A stretch of DNA of 64,000 bases, from contig CAYZTC010000004.1 of the NCBI GenBank assembly GCA_964481345.1, positions 5,731 to 69,730 on the forward strand, written 5' to 3'. This DNA is from an uncultured Candidatus Saccharibacteria bacterium (GTDB lineage Bacteria > Patescibacteriota > Dojkabacteria > SC72 > JAFGCJ01). The translations under genes and the position numbers were made by a program. The number at the start of each line of letters is the position of its first letter. Position 1 is the stretch's first letter. The notes under the pieces were generated by a model. That model saw only the letters and a program-made list of their open reading frames with translations, searched no databases and had not been told where the DNA came from. Below, piece after piece: positions 1 to 9,632 of the stretch.

Positions 1-840
1 TACAGGATGAGCATTTTCTTCTTTATAAAGATCTCTTACCTTTGGGGAGAATTTAGTGTTATTAACTATAACGTAATTCGGAATCCTTCCAGTGTATTTT
101 ATAACTTCATTTAAATACCCTTGTGCTGTGAGACCGTTTGTTTGCCCTTTTCTAGTCATGAGACTAACCACAAATATCAGTTTTGCTTTTGATTTTTGTA
201 ATGATTCAGGTGCTTCCCCTACTACAAAATTGCACAAAGTGCTTGTATAAAGGTCTCCAGGCCCAAGAATGATATAGTGAGAGTCAAGAATTGCTTTCCT
301 TGCTCTTTCAGAGATACTTGATTTGGGCTGTGACTTGATATTTATGATTTTTGAACCTGAGTCATGTTTTTTGTCTGGCTGATCAATTTTGGACTCTCCT
401 ACCAATACCTCTTCATTATCATATTCTGCTACCAAGTCAATGTCATCATTTGAAATAGTGATGATCTCTCCTTTAATATTAAAAACCCTTGATAACTCCT
501 TGATAGCCTTTTCTTCACTGCCCAGAGATTCTGTTAGGGCTGTAATTAAAAGATTTCCAAAGTTATGTCCTTCCAGCTCTCCTTTATCAAAGCGGTAGGA
601 AAGAAGCTTTCTTAAAATGTTGTTCCCATTTCCATTTTCTGCAAGTGCAACCATGCATTGTCTTATATCTCCTACCGGAAGGATTCCGTATTCATCTCTT
701 AACCTTCCTGTACTTCCTCCGCTATCTGTCGCATTAACGATTGCTTTTAAGTCGAGGTTGGAATATTTCTTTAAACCGGTTAAAATTGTGTAGGTACCAG
801 TCCCTCCTCCAATTACTGTTGCTTTTATCATGTCACGCAT
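1..840 (-). CDS. YvcK/CofD-like (UPF0052, gluconeogenesis factor / 2-phospho-L-lactate transferase-like) protein. 5' end complete (ATG at 838-840); runs off the window start
   Basis: Reverse-strand translation from 840 gives MRDMIKATVIGGGTGTYTILTGLKK...DSGGSTGRLR...GNLLITAL...ILGPGDLYTS, the characteristic YvcK/CofD motifs. There is no stop before position 1, so it is absent from the ORF track. Confidence 0.7.
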   Translation of the reverse strand, partial: MRDMIKATVIGGGTGTYTILTGLKKYSNLDLKAIVNATDSGGSTGRLRDEYGILPVGDIRQCMVALAENGNGNNILRKLLSYRFDKGELEGHNFGNLLITALTESLGSEEKAIKELSRVFNIKGEIITISNDDIDLVAEYDNEEVLVGESKIDQPDKKHDSGSKIINIKSQPKSSISERARKAILDSHYIILGPGDLYTSTLCNFVVGEAPESLQKSKAKLIFVVSLMTRKGQTNGLTAQGYLNEVIKYTGRIPNYVIVNNTKFSPKVRDLYKEENAHPV

Positions 841-911
841 ATTAACGAAGAAAAATAGCTTTAATTACATGATATGGTAGAATTGAGGGTTAATTTTTTG
901 AGGGTATTAAG

Positions 912-1232
912 ATGTCACATGTTGAACTTACAGATGATAACTTCCAGTCAGAGGTGCTGGATTATGATGGTTTGGTATTGGTTGATTTTTGGGCGTCCTG
1001 GTGTATGCCATGTCTAATGACAGGACCAATCATAGAGGAAATCTCAAAAGAGTTGGGTGAAAAGGTGAAAGTAGGAAAGGTTAATGTGGATGAAAATCAA
1101 CAGTATGCTCAAAAATATAATGTAATGAGTATTCCGACGGTTATTCTTTTTAAGAAAGGTGAAATTATTGAGCAATTTATTGGTGTGAGATCAAAAGAGG
1201 AGTATGTGGCTGCTATAGAAAAGAATTCGTAA
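912..1232 (+). CDS. trxA: thioredoxin
   Basis: 106 aa with the thioredoxin fold signature ...VLVDFWASWCMPC...MSIPTVILFKKGE. The active site is WCMPC rather than the canonical WCGPC. A GAGGG SD lies ~10 nt upstream. Confidence 0.9.
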   Translation: MSHVELTDDNFQSEVLDYDGLVLVDFWASWCMPCLMTGPIIEEISKELGEKVKVGKVNVDENQQYAQKYNVMSIPTVILFKKGEIIEQFIGVRSKEEYVAAIEKNS

Positions 1233-1236
1233 CCTA

Positions 1237-2196
1237 CTACTCTATTGTTATTACTACAATCTCTGGCGGATTGAAAAGTCTGATTCTTGTTCCTGTCGAT
1301 CCTACCCCTGAAGTAATATAAAGTGGTATCCCATTGTAATTGAAGTATCCTTTGTCATATTTCCTTGGGATCTCTGTTGGAATAGGTCCAATTGGTCCAA
1401 TAAATGGTAATCTGACCTCACCTCCATGAGTATGTCCTGAAAGTACAAGATCTACTTTATCTTCATAATCTGAGGAGTCTAAATCTTGTACTGCATCTGG
1501 ATTATGACTTAAAAATATTACGGTATCATCCTTGTTAACATCATCTAATATCGAGTAGTCTTCTTCATATGACCAAAGGTCTTTTATCCCCGCAATAGTA
1601 AGTGTAGAGTCATTTGTTTCAATTTCGGCTGTTTTGTTATCTAGTATAGTGAATTCAAGATCCTCTATTTTTTCTGTCAGACCCTCAACTAGTTTGACTG
1701 GTGGGGATGCATTTAGGTAGTCATGGTTTCCATATATGAATATTACTTTCTTTTCTATTTTTGAAAGGTAGTCTAAATTTGACAGAAACGTTGAGGCTTG
1801 GTTTACATTATCTCCAAGAAGTAAAAGATACTCTGCATCTTCCACGTTGTTTACTTTATTAACAAACAATGGAAGTTTTGCTGTGTTTAGAAACTGTCCC
1901 ACATGGAGATCTGATGCAATTATAAATTTGTACGGGTCTCCATTATAGTCATCAATGTCTATGGTTTCTTCTCTTACTACGATATTTAGCTGTTCTATTG
2001 TTGACCCGTATATGATTGTGGAAATTATTAAGGCAGAAAGAAATATAAGTAAAATGCTCCAGACTTTTAGTCTAGGATGCTCCTTGTATGCGATAACACC
2101 TGTAGCTGATGCTAGCAGAAATATTAACCATAAGCATAAATCTATTACATCGTTATAAATACCTAACACTTTGTAGGTGAGATCTGTAAGGTTCAT
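1237..2196 (-). CDS. membrane-anchored calcineurin-like metallophosphoesterase
   Basis: Two N-terminal TM helices followed by the metallophosphoesterase motifs GDNVNQ, GNHDY and LSGHTHGG. Confidence 0.8.
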   Translation of the reverse strand: MNLTDLTYKVLGIYNDVIDLCLWLIFLLASATGVIAYKEHPRLKVWSILLIFLSALIISTIIYGSTIEQLNIVVREETIDIDDYNGDPYKFIIASDLHVGQFLNTAKLPLFVNKVNNVEDAEYLLLLGDNVNQASTFLSNLDYLSKIEKKVIFIYGNHDYLNASPPVKLVEGLTEKIEDLEFTILDNKTAEIETNDSTLTIAGIKDLWSYEEDYSILDDVNKDDTVIFLSHNPDAVQDLDSSDYEDKVDLVLSGHTHGGEVRLPFIGPIGPIPTEIPRKYDKGYFNYNGIPLYITSGVGSTGTRIRLFNPPEIVVITIE

Positions 2197-2261
2197 GGTT
2201 TTATTAAAATAATATTGCCATGTAGAATGTAGTGGAAAACATAAAATATTTCAAATTAGCT

Positions 2262-3083
2262 ATGCCAGAGCTTATTGATCTTGAGGTTACAAGAAGCAAC
2301 ATACTAAGGAAAGTTCAGGGTAAAAAAGTAAAGACTGTTGATGTTCAGCCCTCTTACCTACTGAGAAATTGTATGTCTGACCAGTTTAAGAAATCCTTAT
2401 CTGGTAAGAAACTTAATGATATTGAAAGAAAAGGCAAGGTGTTAATTTTTGATTTTAAAGAGGTAAAAGTAGGTATACATTTGATGCTGTTTGGCAATTT
2501 TTGTTGGTGTGATGAATTGGGAAGTAAAAAACCAGTGTTGAGAATATGTTTTGAAGACTCAGAATGTATTTGCGTTATCGATAGAAAACGTTGGGTAAAA
2601 GTTGAGCTTGAAGATCTAGATTCAGGTGTTAGTTCGAAACTTATTGAAAGAGAAATGGGGCCTGACCCATTGTCAGAATCTTTTGGATTATCAAATTTTG
2701 AAGAGATCATTAGTAAAAAGAAAAGATCTGGAATCAAATCAATTTTAATGGATCAGAAGGTCATTTCCGGCATTGGGAATGCTTACTCAGATGAGATATT
2801 GTGGAATGCCCAAATTCATCCTTTAACTAAAGGCGGGAAGCTTATTGACGGTGGGAGGGTTTAACTATTGTATCATTCTATATCAAAAGTACTAAAAGAA
2901 GCATTAAAGACAATAAAGTCAAGTTCAAAAGGAACAAGTATTTCAGAGCAAAGTAGGGATTTTATGAAGGTCTATCGAAAAGAGAGAGCACTCTGTCCAA
3001 GATGTGGAAGTCCAATTGTAAAGAGTTATGTTTGTGGAAGGGATACATTTATATGTAAGAAGTGTCAGAAGATACCTTGTTGA
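2262..3083 (+). pseudogene. fpg: Fpg/Nei-family DNA glycosylase (formamidopyrimidine/endonuclease VIII) interrupted by a single in-frame TAA at 2862-2864
   Basis: N-terminal MPELIDLEV matches the catalytic PELPEVE motif, placing the likely real start at Met 2262. An H2TH region follows. ORF 2868..3083 is in the same frame and carries the C-terminal zinc finger CPRCGSPIVK...CKKCQK. The only disruption is the TAA at 2862-2864. Confidence 0.6.
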
Positions 3084-3138
3084 AGCGTAGTATGAATAAG
3101 TGATATCATTAGTCTAGTTAAATTTTTAGCCGCAATAA

Positions 3139-3408
3139 ATGAAAGGTGACACAGAGGATATGCAGCAAATTGGTGTTGTGACACACTTCTTCCCGAAGGT
3201 GTCTGTTGCTGTAGTGAATCCAAGTGGACCTGTAAAAATCGGCGATAGTGTAAAGATCTGTGATAAGGAGGGAAACGTTGTTTTAGAGCAAGAAGTTGCC
3301 TCTATGCAGATTGACCATAAGGAGATAAAAGGTGCAAAGAATGGCGAGGAGTTTGCAATGTTGGTCGATGAGCCTGTAAGAGAGGGATATATTGTCTGTA
3401 AGGCATAA
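3139..3408 (+). CDS. hypothetical small protein (possible EF-Tu domain-2-like beta-barrel)
   Basis: 89-aa ORF with a G-rich beta-strand pattern IGVVTHFFPKVSVAVVNPSGPVKIGDSVKI. No diagnostic motif. Confidence 0.35.
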   Translation: MKGDTEDMQQIGVVTHFFPKVSVAVVNPSGPVKIGDSVKICDKEGNVVLEQEVASMQIDHKEIKGAKNGEEFAMLVDEPVREGYIVCKA

Positions 3409-3437
3409 CACTATTTTGATTATTCAAAACTGCTCAA

Positions 3438-4034
3438 ATGGCACTCCCTGAGATTTCTGTGTCTGGACGGGGTATGAAGATAACGGATTCTATCCGCAAG
3501 TATGTCATTGAGAAAATCGGGAAATATTCTGAGATTTGTAACAAATTTGTTACCGGTATAGAGGTTGAATGTGCCCAGAATACTGCTGCAAGGGGTGTTA
3601 AAGGAGATTTTAATGTTGAGATTATGGCTCACCTTCCTAAAGATATCGCAAGAGTTGAGAAGCAAGGTGCTGACTTATACGGGTTGGTTGATTTAGCGAC
3701 TGATGTTCTTATTAGAAAAATAAAGAAACATAAGGAACGATTAAGACAGAGAAACGATGGAAAAAAAGTTAAGTCTGAAGATTATTCAGATATCGAAGCT
3801 GAAGATAATTTTATCAGCTATATTCCAAGGATTGGCAAGAAGAAAATAATTGATGGTTGTAAGCCATTGTTATCTGAAGAAGCAATTGAGAAAATGGAAA
3901 TGCTTGACTATGACAATTTCTTGTTCAAAGACAGTAAAAGTGGTTTATGCTCAATGGTATATAGAAGAAAAGATGGGACCTATGGACTTGTTCAACTTCA
4001 GCCTGAGGCCGAATATTCTCGAAATTCTGAATAA
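3438..4034 (+). CDS. hpf: ribosome hibernation promoting factor, long form (RaiA/HPF with C-terminal dimerisation domain)
   Basis: MALPEISVSGRGMKITDSIRKYVIEKIGK...FNVEIMAHLP is typical of the sigma-54 modulation/ribosomal subunit interface family. A ~60-aa C-terminal domain follows a basic linker. Confidence 0.85.
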   Translation: MALPEISVSGRGMKITDSIRKYVIEKIGKYSEICNKFVTGIEVECAQNTAARGVKGDFNVEIMAHLPKDIARVEKQGADLYGLVDLATDVLIRKIKKHKERLRQRNDGKKVKSEDYSDIEAEDNFISYIPRIGKKKIIDGCKPLLSEEAIEKMEMLDYDNFLFKDSKSGLCSMVYRRKDGTYGLVQLQPEAEYSRNSE

Positions 4035-4060
4035 CCGAGTGTTTAGTTTTGTCTAAGTGA

Positions 4061-4798
4061 TTACTCTAAAAACTCTCCAACAAAATCTTTTGTTATTCCG
4101 AGAAATGAGTAGGATCTAGGATTTTCAACATTATCCTGGATACTTGCGTCATCTCTTAGTGCTGAAAGCCATGGTTGTACCTCCTCGGCAACCTTTTGGT
4201 CCCTGAGTGTATCTTCAACTTCTTCTTGAGCCTCTTCAAACGTAATGTCCTCATCGTCTGGAAAAAGAGTTTCTTTATATTCATTAAAGAAGTTTTGTGC
4301 TTCCTCATCTGTTATCTCGATCTCTGATTGAAGAATCCTTTCAACAAGAAGTGTTGTTTCGATCTGTCTTTTAAGTTGTTCTCTTGTGATGCCGAGTGCT
4401 TTTAATTCTTCATTTAGTACATCCTCACCACCATATTGTTCTTCCAATTCGTCAACTTGTTCTTGTATCTCTTCATCAGTAATTGTAATTCCTTCTCCTT
4501 CTGCTTCTTGATAGACTAAAACCTCATCGATCATTTGACTGACTATTGATGTTCCGTATCTTTGCTCTAGCTTGTCATAGAAATCATTTCTGCTTATTCT
4601 TTCTCCATTTACTACAGCGACTGATGCGTGATAGTTTAAGTACTGAACGACGTAGTCCACGACTACGAGCGAAACAACAAATAGTATTATCCAAAAAGCT
4701 AGACTTTTTAGAACTTTCGAAATTCTTTCTTTTCTTTCTTTGGGATTCTTTTTAGAATATTTTTTTGTGGACTTTTTACTTTTCTTAATTAATGCCAT
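4061..4798 (-). CDS. membrane-anchored SurA N-terminal domain (PpiD/SurA-like chaperone) protein
   Basis: Basic N-terminus and one TM helix, then ...VAVVNGERISRNDFYDKLEQRYG...VLVYQEAEGEGITITDEEIQEQVDEL, characteristic of the SurA_N domain. No PPIase domain. Confidence 0.55.
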   Translation of the reverse strand: MALIKKSKKSTKKYSKKNPKERKERISKVLKSLAFWIILFVVSLVVVDYVVQYLNYHASVAVVNGERISRNDFYDKLEQRYGTSIVSQMIDEVLVYQEAEGEGITITDEEIQEQVDELEEQYGGEDVLNEELKALGITREQLKRQIETTLLVERILQSEIEITDEEAQNFFNEYKETLFPDDEDITFEEAQEEVEDTLRDQKVAEEVQPWLSALRDDASIQDNVENPRSYSFLGITKDFVGEFLE

Positions 4799-4854
4799 GA
4801 AATGTGAGTCAAAAATTTAGCTAGGTTGAGTTTATCAGAAGGATTAAAAAGTGT

Positions 4855-6396
4855 CTAGGAAAGGCAAATGTTCGCCCTCCTCTGTGTGTAGAAAAAGGCT
4901 ATAGGAAAGACAAGAATCAGGAATAGCATATATTTGCTAATTGGTGTTCCGGTTGAAGCCAATACTTCTCCATTTGAATAAGTAATGTCTTTTGAGGATA
5001 TTGGCATTACTCGTAGTTTGGGATTTCCATCGTCGTCGTTACCATACTGAGATATGATTCCTACTGCTGTGATTTGTTTGCCTTTGATATCTGATGGGAT
5101 TTCAATATTTAAGTACTTTGAAACGTTTACTTTTGCGGTTTCGCTATTGTTTGTTATATAAATATAATTTCCAACCTTTTTATCTACTATTCCAGTAATT
5201 GAAACTAAACTCCCAATATATTTAACTAGATCTTTGAAGTCTTCTATTGTTAGAGGTGATATTTTTATGCTATCTTCATTTTTAGTTATTGTATTTACTA
5301 CTATTCTTTTTTCTCCATATGCTGTATCAATTTTCCCTTTAAGTACATAAACATTACCATTTTGAAGTTTTGTTCCTTCAACAACTTTGTATCTTATTCC
5401 TCCAGTACTGTCCTGGATATAACCTTCCTTTTCATATATTAATCCTGGTGATGCAGTAATTACTCCTTTAATCGATACAGCCGTGTTTTTATCAAGTAAC
5501 CTTGCGTCATTAATGCTTGTCAGAATGGGATTATTCGGATCTTCAACCACTTCTATTTCGAAGACATTAGTGGCCGAAAGTCCTGAATTATCTGTTACCG
5601 TAAATATTGTTTCAAACTTACCCTCACTATCAAATGTGTATTTGAATATCTGGGAATCTTCTAAAATATCTAGTTCTCGTATTTTCCACTCATAAGTTTC
5701 TATTGTTCCATCAGGGTCGTATGATTGAGATCCATCAAACACTACTTCTTTTCCTAGATAGACCGGATCATCATACTCTACCTGTGCAACTGGTAGGATT
5801 TTGTTTTCTTCTCCTGGTGTGGGATCATCGCATTCCGTGAAGTCTTCTTCATGATTATCAGTATCGTTTTGACTGACCCTGCAAAGTGAATGACCAGATG
5901 ATACATCTAGTGCAAAGGTTGTTCCGATGTTCCCGGTATCATCAATAAGCTCATTGATGTTTGGAGAGTCATAAAGAAGTGTGTCTTTTACAATTCCTTG
6001 GTCATTCAGTATTCTTATGCCGTCTGTTTCAGATCCTCCATTTTGAAATCCTAATTTACTTACTATGTAGTCTGCTGTTGTATTTGGCTCACCAATTACT
6101 CTAATTTCCTCTGGAGACATTTTGAAATTTTCGAGTGTAATAACGTTTTCAAACTTACTGCCCCCAACCTCAATTTTCCAGTTGAAAAGGTTGATATAAT
6201 AGCCCGAAATATTTTTAATTTCGATCCACTCGCAACCAGTATCGGTTCCTTCTGGATCGTATACAACCTCATTAATAATAACGGTATCTGCTGACCCGTA
6301 GGCTGGGGTAACAGTAAGTAGGAAAAGTATGGGAGCTAGTAGCATTAAAAGAATATTTGTATATATGATTAGTTTTCTACTAGCGTGAGTTCCCAT
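4855..6396 (-). CDS. secreted lamin-tail-domain (LTD) + PKD-domain protein with C-terminal membrane anchor
   Basis: Signal peptide. LTD signature INEVVYDPEGTDTGCEWIEIKN...NLFNWKIEVGG. PKD-like segment YDDPVYLGKEVVFDGSQSYDPDGTIETYEWKI. C-terminal hydrophobic helix. Confidence 0.6.
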   Translation of the reverse strand: MGTHASRKLIIYTNILLMLLAPILFLLTVTPAYGSADTVIINEVVYDPEGTDTGCEWIEIKNISGYYINLFNWKIEVGGSKFENVITLENFKMSPEEIRVIGEPNTTADYIVSKLGFQNGGSETDGIRILNDQGIVKDTLLYDSPNINELIDDTGNIGTTFALDVSSGHSLCRVSQNDTDNHEEDFTECDDPTPGEENKILPVAQVEYDDPVYLGKEVVFDGSQSYDPDGTIETYEWKIRELDILEDSQIFKYTFDSEGKFETIFTVTDNSGLSATNVFEIEVVEDPNNPILTSINDARLLDKNTAVSIKGVITASPGLIYEKEGYIQDSTGGIRYKVVEGTKLQNGNVYVLKGKIDTAYGEKRIVVNTITKNEDSIKISPLTIEDFKDLVKYIGSLVSITGIVDKKVGNYIYITNNSETAKVNVSKYLNIEIPSDIKGKQITAVGIISQYGNDDDGNPKLRVMPISSKDITYSNGEVLASTGTPISKYMLFLILVFPIAFFYTQRRANICLS

Positions 6397-6454
6397 ACTT
6401 GATATATATGATATCTATCAAATATGAAAAAGTTATTAAAAATATTTCGGGAAA

Positions 6455-7732
6455 TTACTGAAGGTGTAGATATGTTGTTACCCAGCCGTTTGAGTGTTCG
6501 ATCATAGCCCATTTTCCTCCATATCCATCTATACCTCTTGTTAGTTCTCCTGCCCATGCACTATATACAGGTGCTCCTGTCCCGAGTGTGGTCGACATAT
6601 CAATGCATAAACCTTGATGGTAATCCTGGGTCCAGTATACATTTCCTGCAAGTGGAACTTGCATGCTGTTTGATCTTACATAGTATCTAGGAAAAGACCC
6701 TACATAGTCGTGAATGTCTGGACCTAATTTTAGGTAGGTTGGGAATGGATAAACATTTCCCCAGAAATAGCTGTATCCTGGGTATGGTGTTCCGTTATTG
6801 ATGCAAAAGTGTAGGTGAGCACCGAAGGCAAGTCCCGTATCTCCCATATATCCGATTACAGCTCCCTTCGAGATATATCCTTCATATGTTCCACTTCCAC
6901 CAGTTGCAGCAATGGCTTTGGAAATCTCTGCGGTAAGGCTGTTTATCTCTGAAAATGTGGCTTCAAGGTCAGTAGAATACTGTTGCTCTTTTTTTATTGA
7001 TTCTGCAAGAAGGTTTTGCTGTTGGGCTGTCTGTTGTATTAAGTTGTCACTTTGTCTGGTAAGTTCTGCTCTTTGATCTTCAGTTTCATTTCTTAATTCT
7101 TGAACTTCTGCTCTGTCTTCAATCAGTTTATTCTCCTCTGATACAAGTTGTTGCTTTGAAATTGACATTTGTGTGAGCATTTCCCTGTCTCTTTCTTTAA
7201 TCCTCGCAATATACTTCATCTTTCTTAAAACTGACTCAAAGTCATTTGATCCTAGAATTAATTCCAAAGGTGAAATAAATGTCATTTTGTACCCAAGCTT
7301 TGTTCTTTCCTTCATTGCTTCTTCCAACTTGTTTATCTCTTGTGTTAGCGTGTCAATACTTACTTGCAGTTCACTAATTTCTTCACCAAGAAGGATTATT
7401 TCTACATTATTCCTTTCGATGTCAACCTCGAGCTCAGATATTGTAATTTCTGTTTTTTGGATTAGGTAGGAAAGATATTCAATTTGTTGTGTAAGGGACT
7501 GCTGGCTTTGCTGTTCTGAAGATATTGCACCTTCTAGATTAGATTTTTCCTGACTTAGTTGTACGTATTCATCGTTTAGACACTCAAGTCTTTCTGATGG
7601 GCTCATTGATTCAGGACATGATCCACTATAGGCAAATGTGGGTTTTGGCTCAAACTGACTATTAAGTACTAGAAATGAGGAGAGTATGAAGAATAGTGCA
7701 ATGGCTATTTTGAGGGCAGGACTTTTGGTCAT
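6455..7732 (-). CDS. coiled-coil M23 (LytM) peptidase-domain protein, EnvC-like partner of FtsEX; M23 domain circularly permuted
   Basis: Signal/TM, then ~250 aa of heptad-rich coiled coil. The M23 motifs appear in reversed order: GYMGDTGLAFGAHLHF precedes YHQGLCID...GAPVYSAWAGEL...GYGGKWAMIEHSNGWVTTYLHL, and the protein ends there. Confidence 0.7.
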   Translation of the reverse strand: MTKSPALKIAIALFFILSSFLVLNSQFEPKPTFAYSGSCPESMSPSERLECLNDEYVQLSQEKSNLEGAISSEQQSQQSLTQQIEYLSYLIQKTEITISELEVDIERNNVEIILLGEEISELQVSIDTLTQEINKLEEAMKERTKLGYKMTFISPLELILGSNDFESVLRKMKYIARIKERDREMLTQMSISKQQLVSEENKLIEDRAEVQELRNETEDQRAELTRQSDNLIQQTAQQQNLLAESIKKEQQYSTDLEATFSEINSLTAEISKAIAATGGSGTYEGYISKGAVIGYMGDTGLAFGAHLHFCINNGTPYPGYSYFWGNVYPFPTYLKLGPDIHDYVGSFPRYYVRSNSMQVPLAGNVYWTQDYHQGLCIDMSTTLGTGAPVYSAWAGELTRGIDGYGGKWAMIEHSNGWVTTYLHLQ

Positions 7733-8664
7733 TTTAGTTGTTTCCAGATAGCTATTGAGCTACTGAAAAAGCCAATTAAAGTACCAGCACTGATTTCAGA
7801 AAGTACTATTTTGGAAATAAATCCAAGGTCTAGATCCTTTAAGTAGGGTGTTCCGATTTCGGTGAATGTTTGGGATATGAAGTAAAACAATTCACTATCC
7901 CTTAGTACTGCTATTACTCCATACCATACAACCAGCATTGAAATGATTGCTAATGTAGAGCCTGCAAATCCATAAAAGGTTCCTTCAAGTAAATATGGAA
8001 TTCTAATGTAGCTTCTAGTGGAACCCACAAGTTGCATGGTGTCGATCTCGTGTTTGTGGCTGTTTATGTTAAAACTTATTGCAATCAATATTAAGATTAT
8101 AGATATTCCTGAAAGAGCAACTACAATTGCTATACCTCCTCTGTTGATAATCTGTGAAATATCTTCCAGGGTGTCGATAACATCTTGAAAGTACATTACA
8201 TCTTCTATGCTTTCAACCTCTTCCCTTATGGAGTCTACTATACCTAGCACCTCATCCATATCTTCGATTTTATAAACTCTTAGCCCAATACTTGGAGGTA
8301 GTGCATCGGCAGTAATTGAATCTACTAGTGTGGGGTCATCTTCAAAATCCCTTTTGTAAATCTCTAATGCTTCCTCCTGAGATACATACTCTACGTTTTC
8401 AATTAAATCTGAATTTTCAAGGGTTTCTTTTACACTGAATATTTCCTCTTCGGGTGTTTGGGTGTTAAAGAATAGTATTATTTGGGCTTTTCTTTCGAAA
8501 GCACTTACAGTTTTCCCTGATACTATAGCAAGGGCTATGATTGAAGATGCAATAATAAATGTTAGGTATACCACTAGTATTGTGGCTAGAGAAAGCCATT
8601 TATTCCTTACAATATTCTTTTTTGTATTTGTAATGATTCTTTTAATAATTATTGATTTTCCCAT
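7729..8664 (-). CDS. ftsX: cell division permease FtsX
   Basis: N-terminal TM helix, ~100-aa extracellular domain and three C-terminal TM helices with the motif ...[23 protein letters not shown]. Translationally coupled to ftsE and the M23 gene. Confidence 0.8.
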   Translation of the reverse strand: MGKSIIIKRIITNTKKNIVRNKWLSLATILVVYLTFIIASSIIALAIVSGKTVSAFERKAQIILFFNTQTPEEEIFSVKETLENSDLIENVEYVSQEEALEIYKRDFEDDPTLVDSITADALPPSIGLRVYKIEDMDEVLGIVDSIREEVESIEDVMYFQDVIDTLEDISQIINRGGIAIVVALSGISIILILIAISFNINSHKHEIDTMQLVGSTRSYIRIPYLLEGTFYGFAGSTLAIISMLVVWYGVIAVLRDSELFYFISQTFTEIGTPYLKDLDLGFISKIVLSEISAGTLIGFFSSSIAIWKQLK

Positions 8665-8666
8665 AT

Positions 8667-9593
8667 TTACTTTTTAACAAATTTTTCCAAAGATTTCATT
8701 ATTTCATCTGTGCTTTTTTTGCTGATTCCTTTGATCTCTCCTAATTCATCTTCTGTCATATCTAAGATTTTGTCCACTGTTTCAATTTTGTTTTTTATAA
8801 GAGTGTTTTTAATCCTTTCGTCTAGCTCGAGGTCTTTCACCTTGTTTGATATAGAACTCTCTTTTTTCTTTCCTGGTTGCTTTACCTTTGGCTTTACTTT
8901 TTTGAGGGGTGGTTTTCCGTATCCGCCTTTGCTGTCACTTATTATTTTACCTTCTTCTAGTCTTATTACTCTTTTTTGCATTTTGTCTACAAGGTCTTTG
9001 TTATGTGTTGCAACAACCACAGTAGTACCCCATTTGTTAATCTTTTCCATGATGTTAAGTATTTCCTCTGCATTGTCTGGATCCAGATCTCCAGTAGGCT
9101 CATCTGCAATAAATAATTTGGGGTCATTTGCAAGTGCTCTTGCCATACCAGCTCTTTGTTTTTCACCACCAGAAAGTTGAATTGGAAAAAGGTTAGCCCT
9201 TTCTGTGAGTTTTGTAACGTCAAGAAGGTAGTCTGCAGTTTCTTTTAGCTCCTTGTCATTTTTTCCAGTAATCTCAAGTGCAAACTCAATGTTTTCTCTT
9301 ACTGTTTTAGAATCAATTAGTTTGTCATCCTGGAAAACAATTCCAATCTGCTGTCTATAGGCAGGGACCATTTCCCTTTTCATTTTTACCACATCAATAT
9401 CTTCAAATTTAATGATTCCAGTGGAAGGGAGATCTCTTCTTATTAATAATCTGACTATTGTGGTTTTACCTGCACCTGATGGTCCCACTATAAAAATGAA
9501 TTCACCATTACCAACATCAAATGTAACCTTATCTAAAGCCTTTATATTGGAGCCATATATTTTCGATACTTCTTTAAAGCTGATCATTCTCAC
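8667..9593 (-). CDS. ftsE: cell division ATP-binding protein FtsE with C-terminal RpoA alpha-CTD-like helix-hairpin-helix domain
   Basis: Walker [13 protein letters not shown] signature LSGGEKQR and Walker [13 protein letters not shown] ~85-aa extension follows: a Lys/Pro-rich linker, then [45 protein letters not shown], resembling the RNA polymerase alpha C-terminal domain. Confidence 0.85.
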   Translation of the reverse strand: MRMISFKEVSKIYGSNIKALDKVTFDVGNGEFIFIVGPSGAGKTTIVRLLIRRDLPSTGIIKFEDIDVVKMKREMVPAYRQQIGIVFQDDKLIDSKTVRENIEFALEITGKNDKELKETADYLLDVTKLTERANLFPIQLSGGEKQRAGMARALANDPKLFIADEPTGDLDPDNAEEILNIMEKINKWGTTVVVATHNKDLVDKMQKRVIRLEEGKIISDSKGGYGKPPLKKVKPKVKQPGKKKESSISNKVKDLELDERIKNTLIKNKIETVDKILDMTEDELGEIKGISKKSTDEIMKSLEKFVKK

Positions 9594-9632
9594 TACATTA
9601 TGCCAAAAGGGACTATATTTTCAAAGGGAATC

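Noticed and set aside
389-598. 69-aa plus-strand ORF at the window start
   Set aside because: It lies antisense inside a clearly conserved YvcK/CofD-like gene on the minus strand (1..840) and has no motif of its own. The real gene is missed by the ORF track only because it runs off the window edge.
2354-2737. Antisense ORFs inside established genes (2354..2737 -, 8710..9180 +, 18594..18930 -, 57307..57696 -, 58049..58513 -)
   Set aside because: Each overlaps a gene with strong family motifs on the opposite strand and shows low-complexity composition. Typical shadow ORFs of AT-rich DNA.
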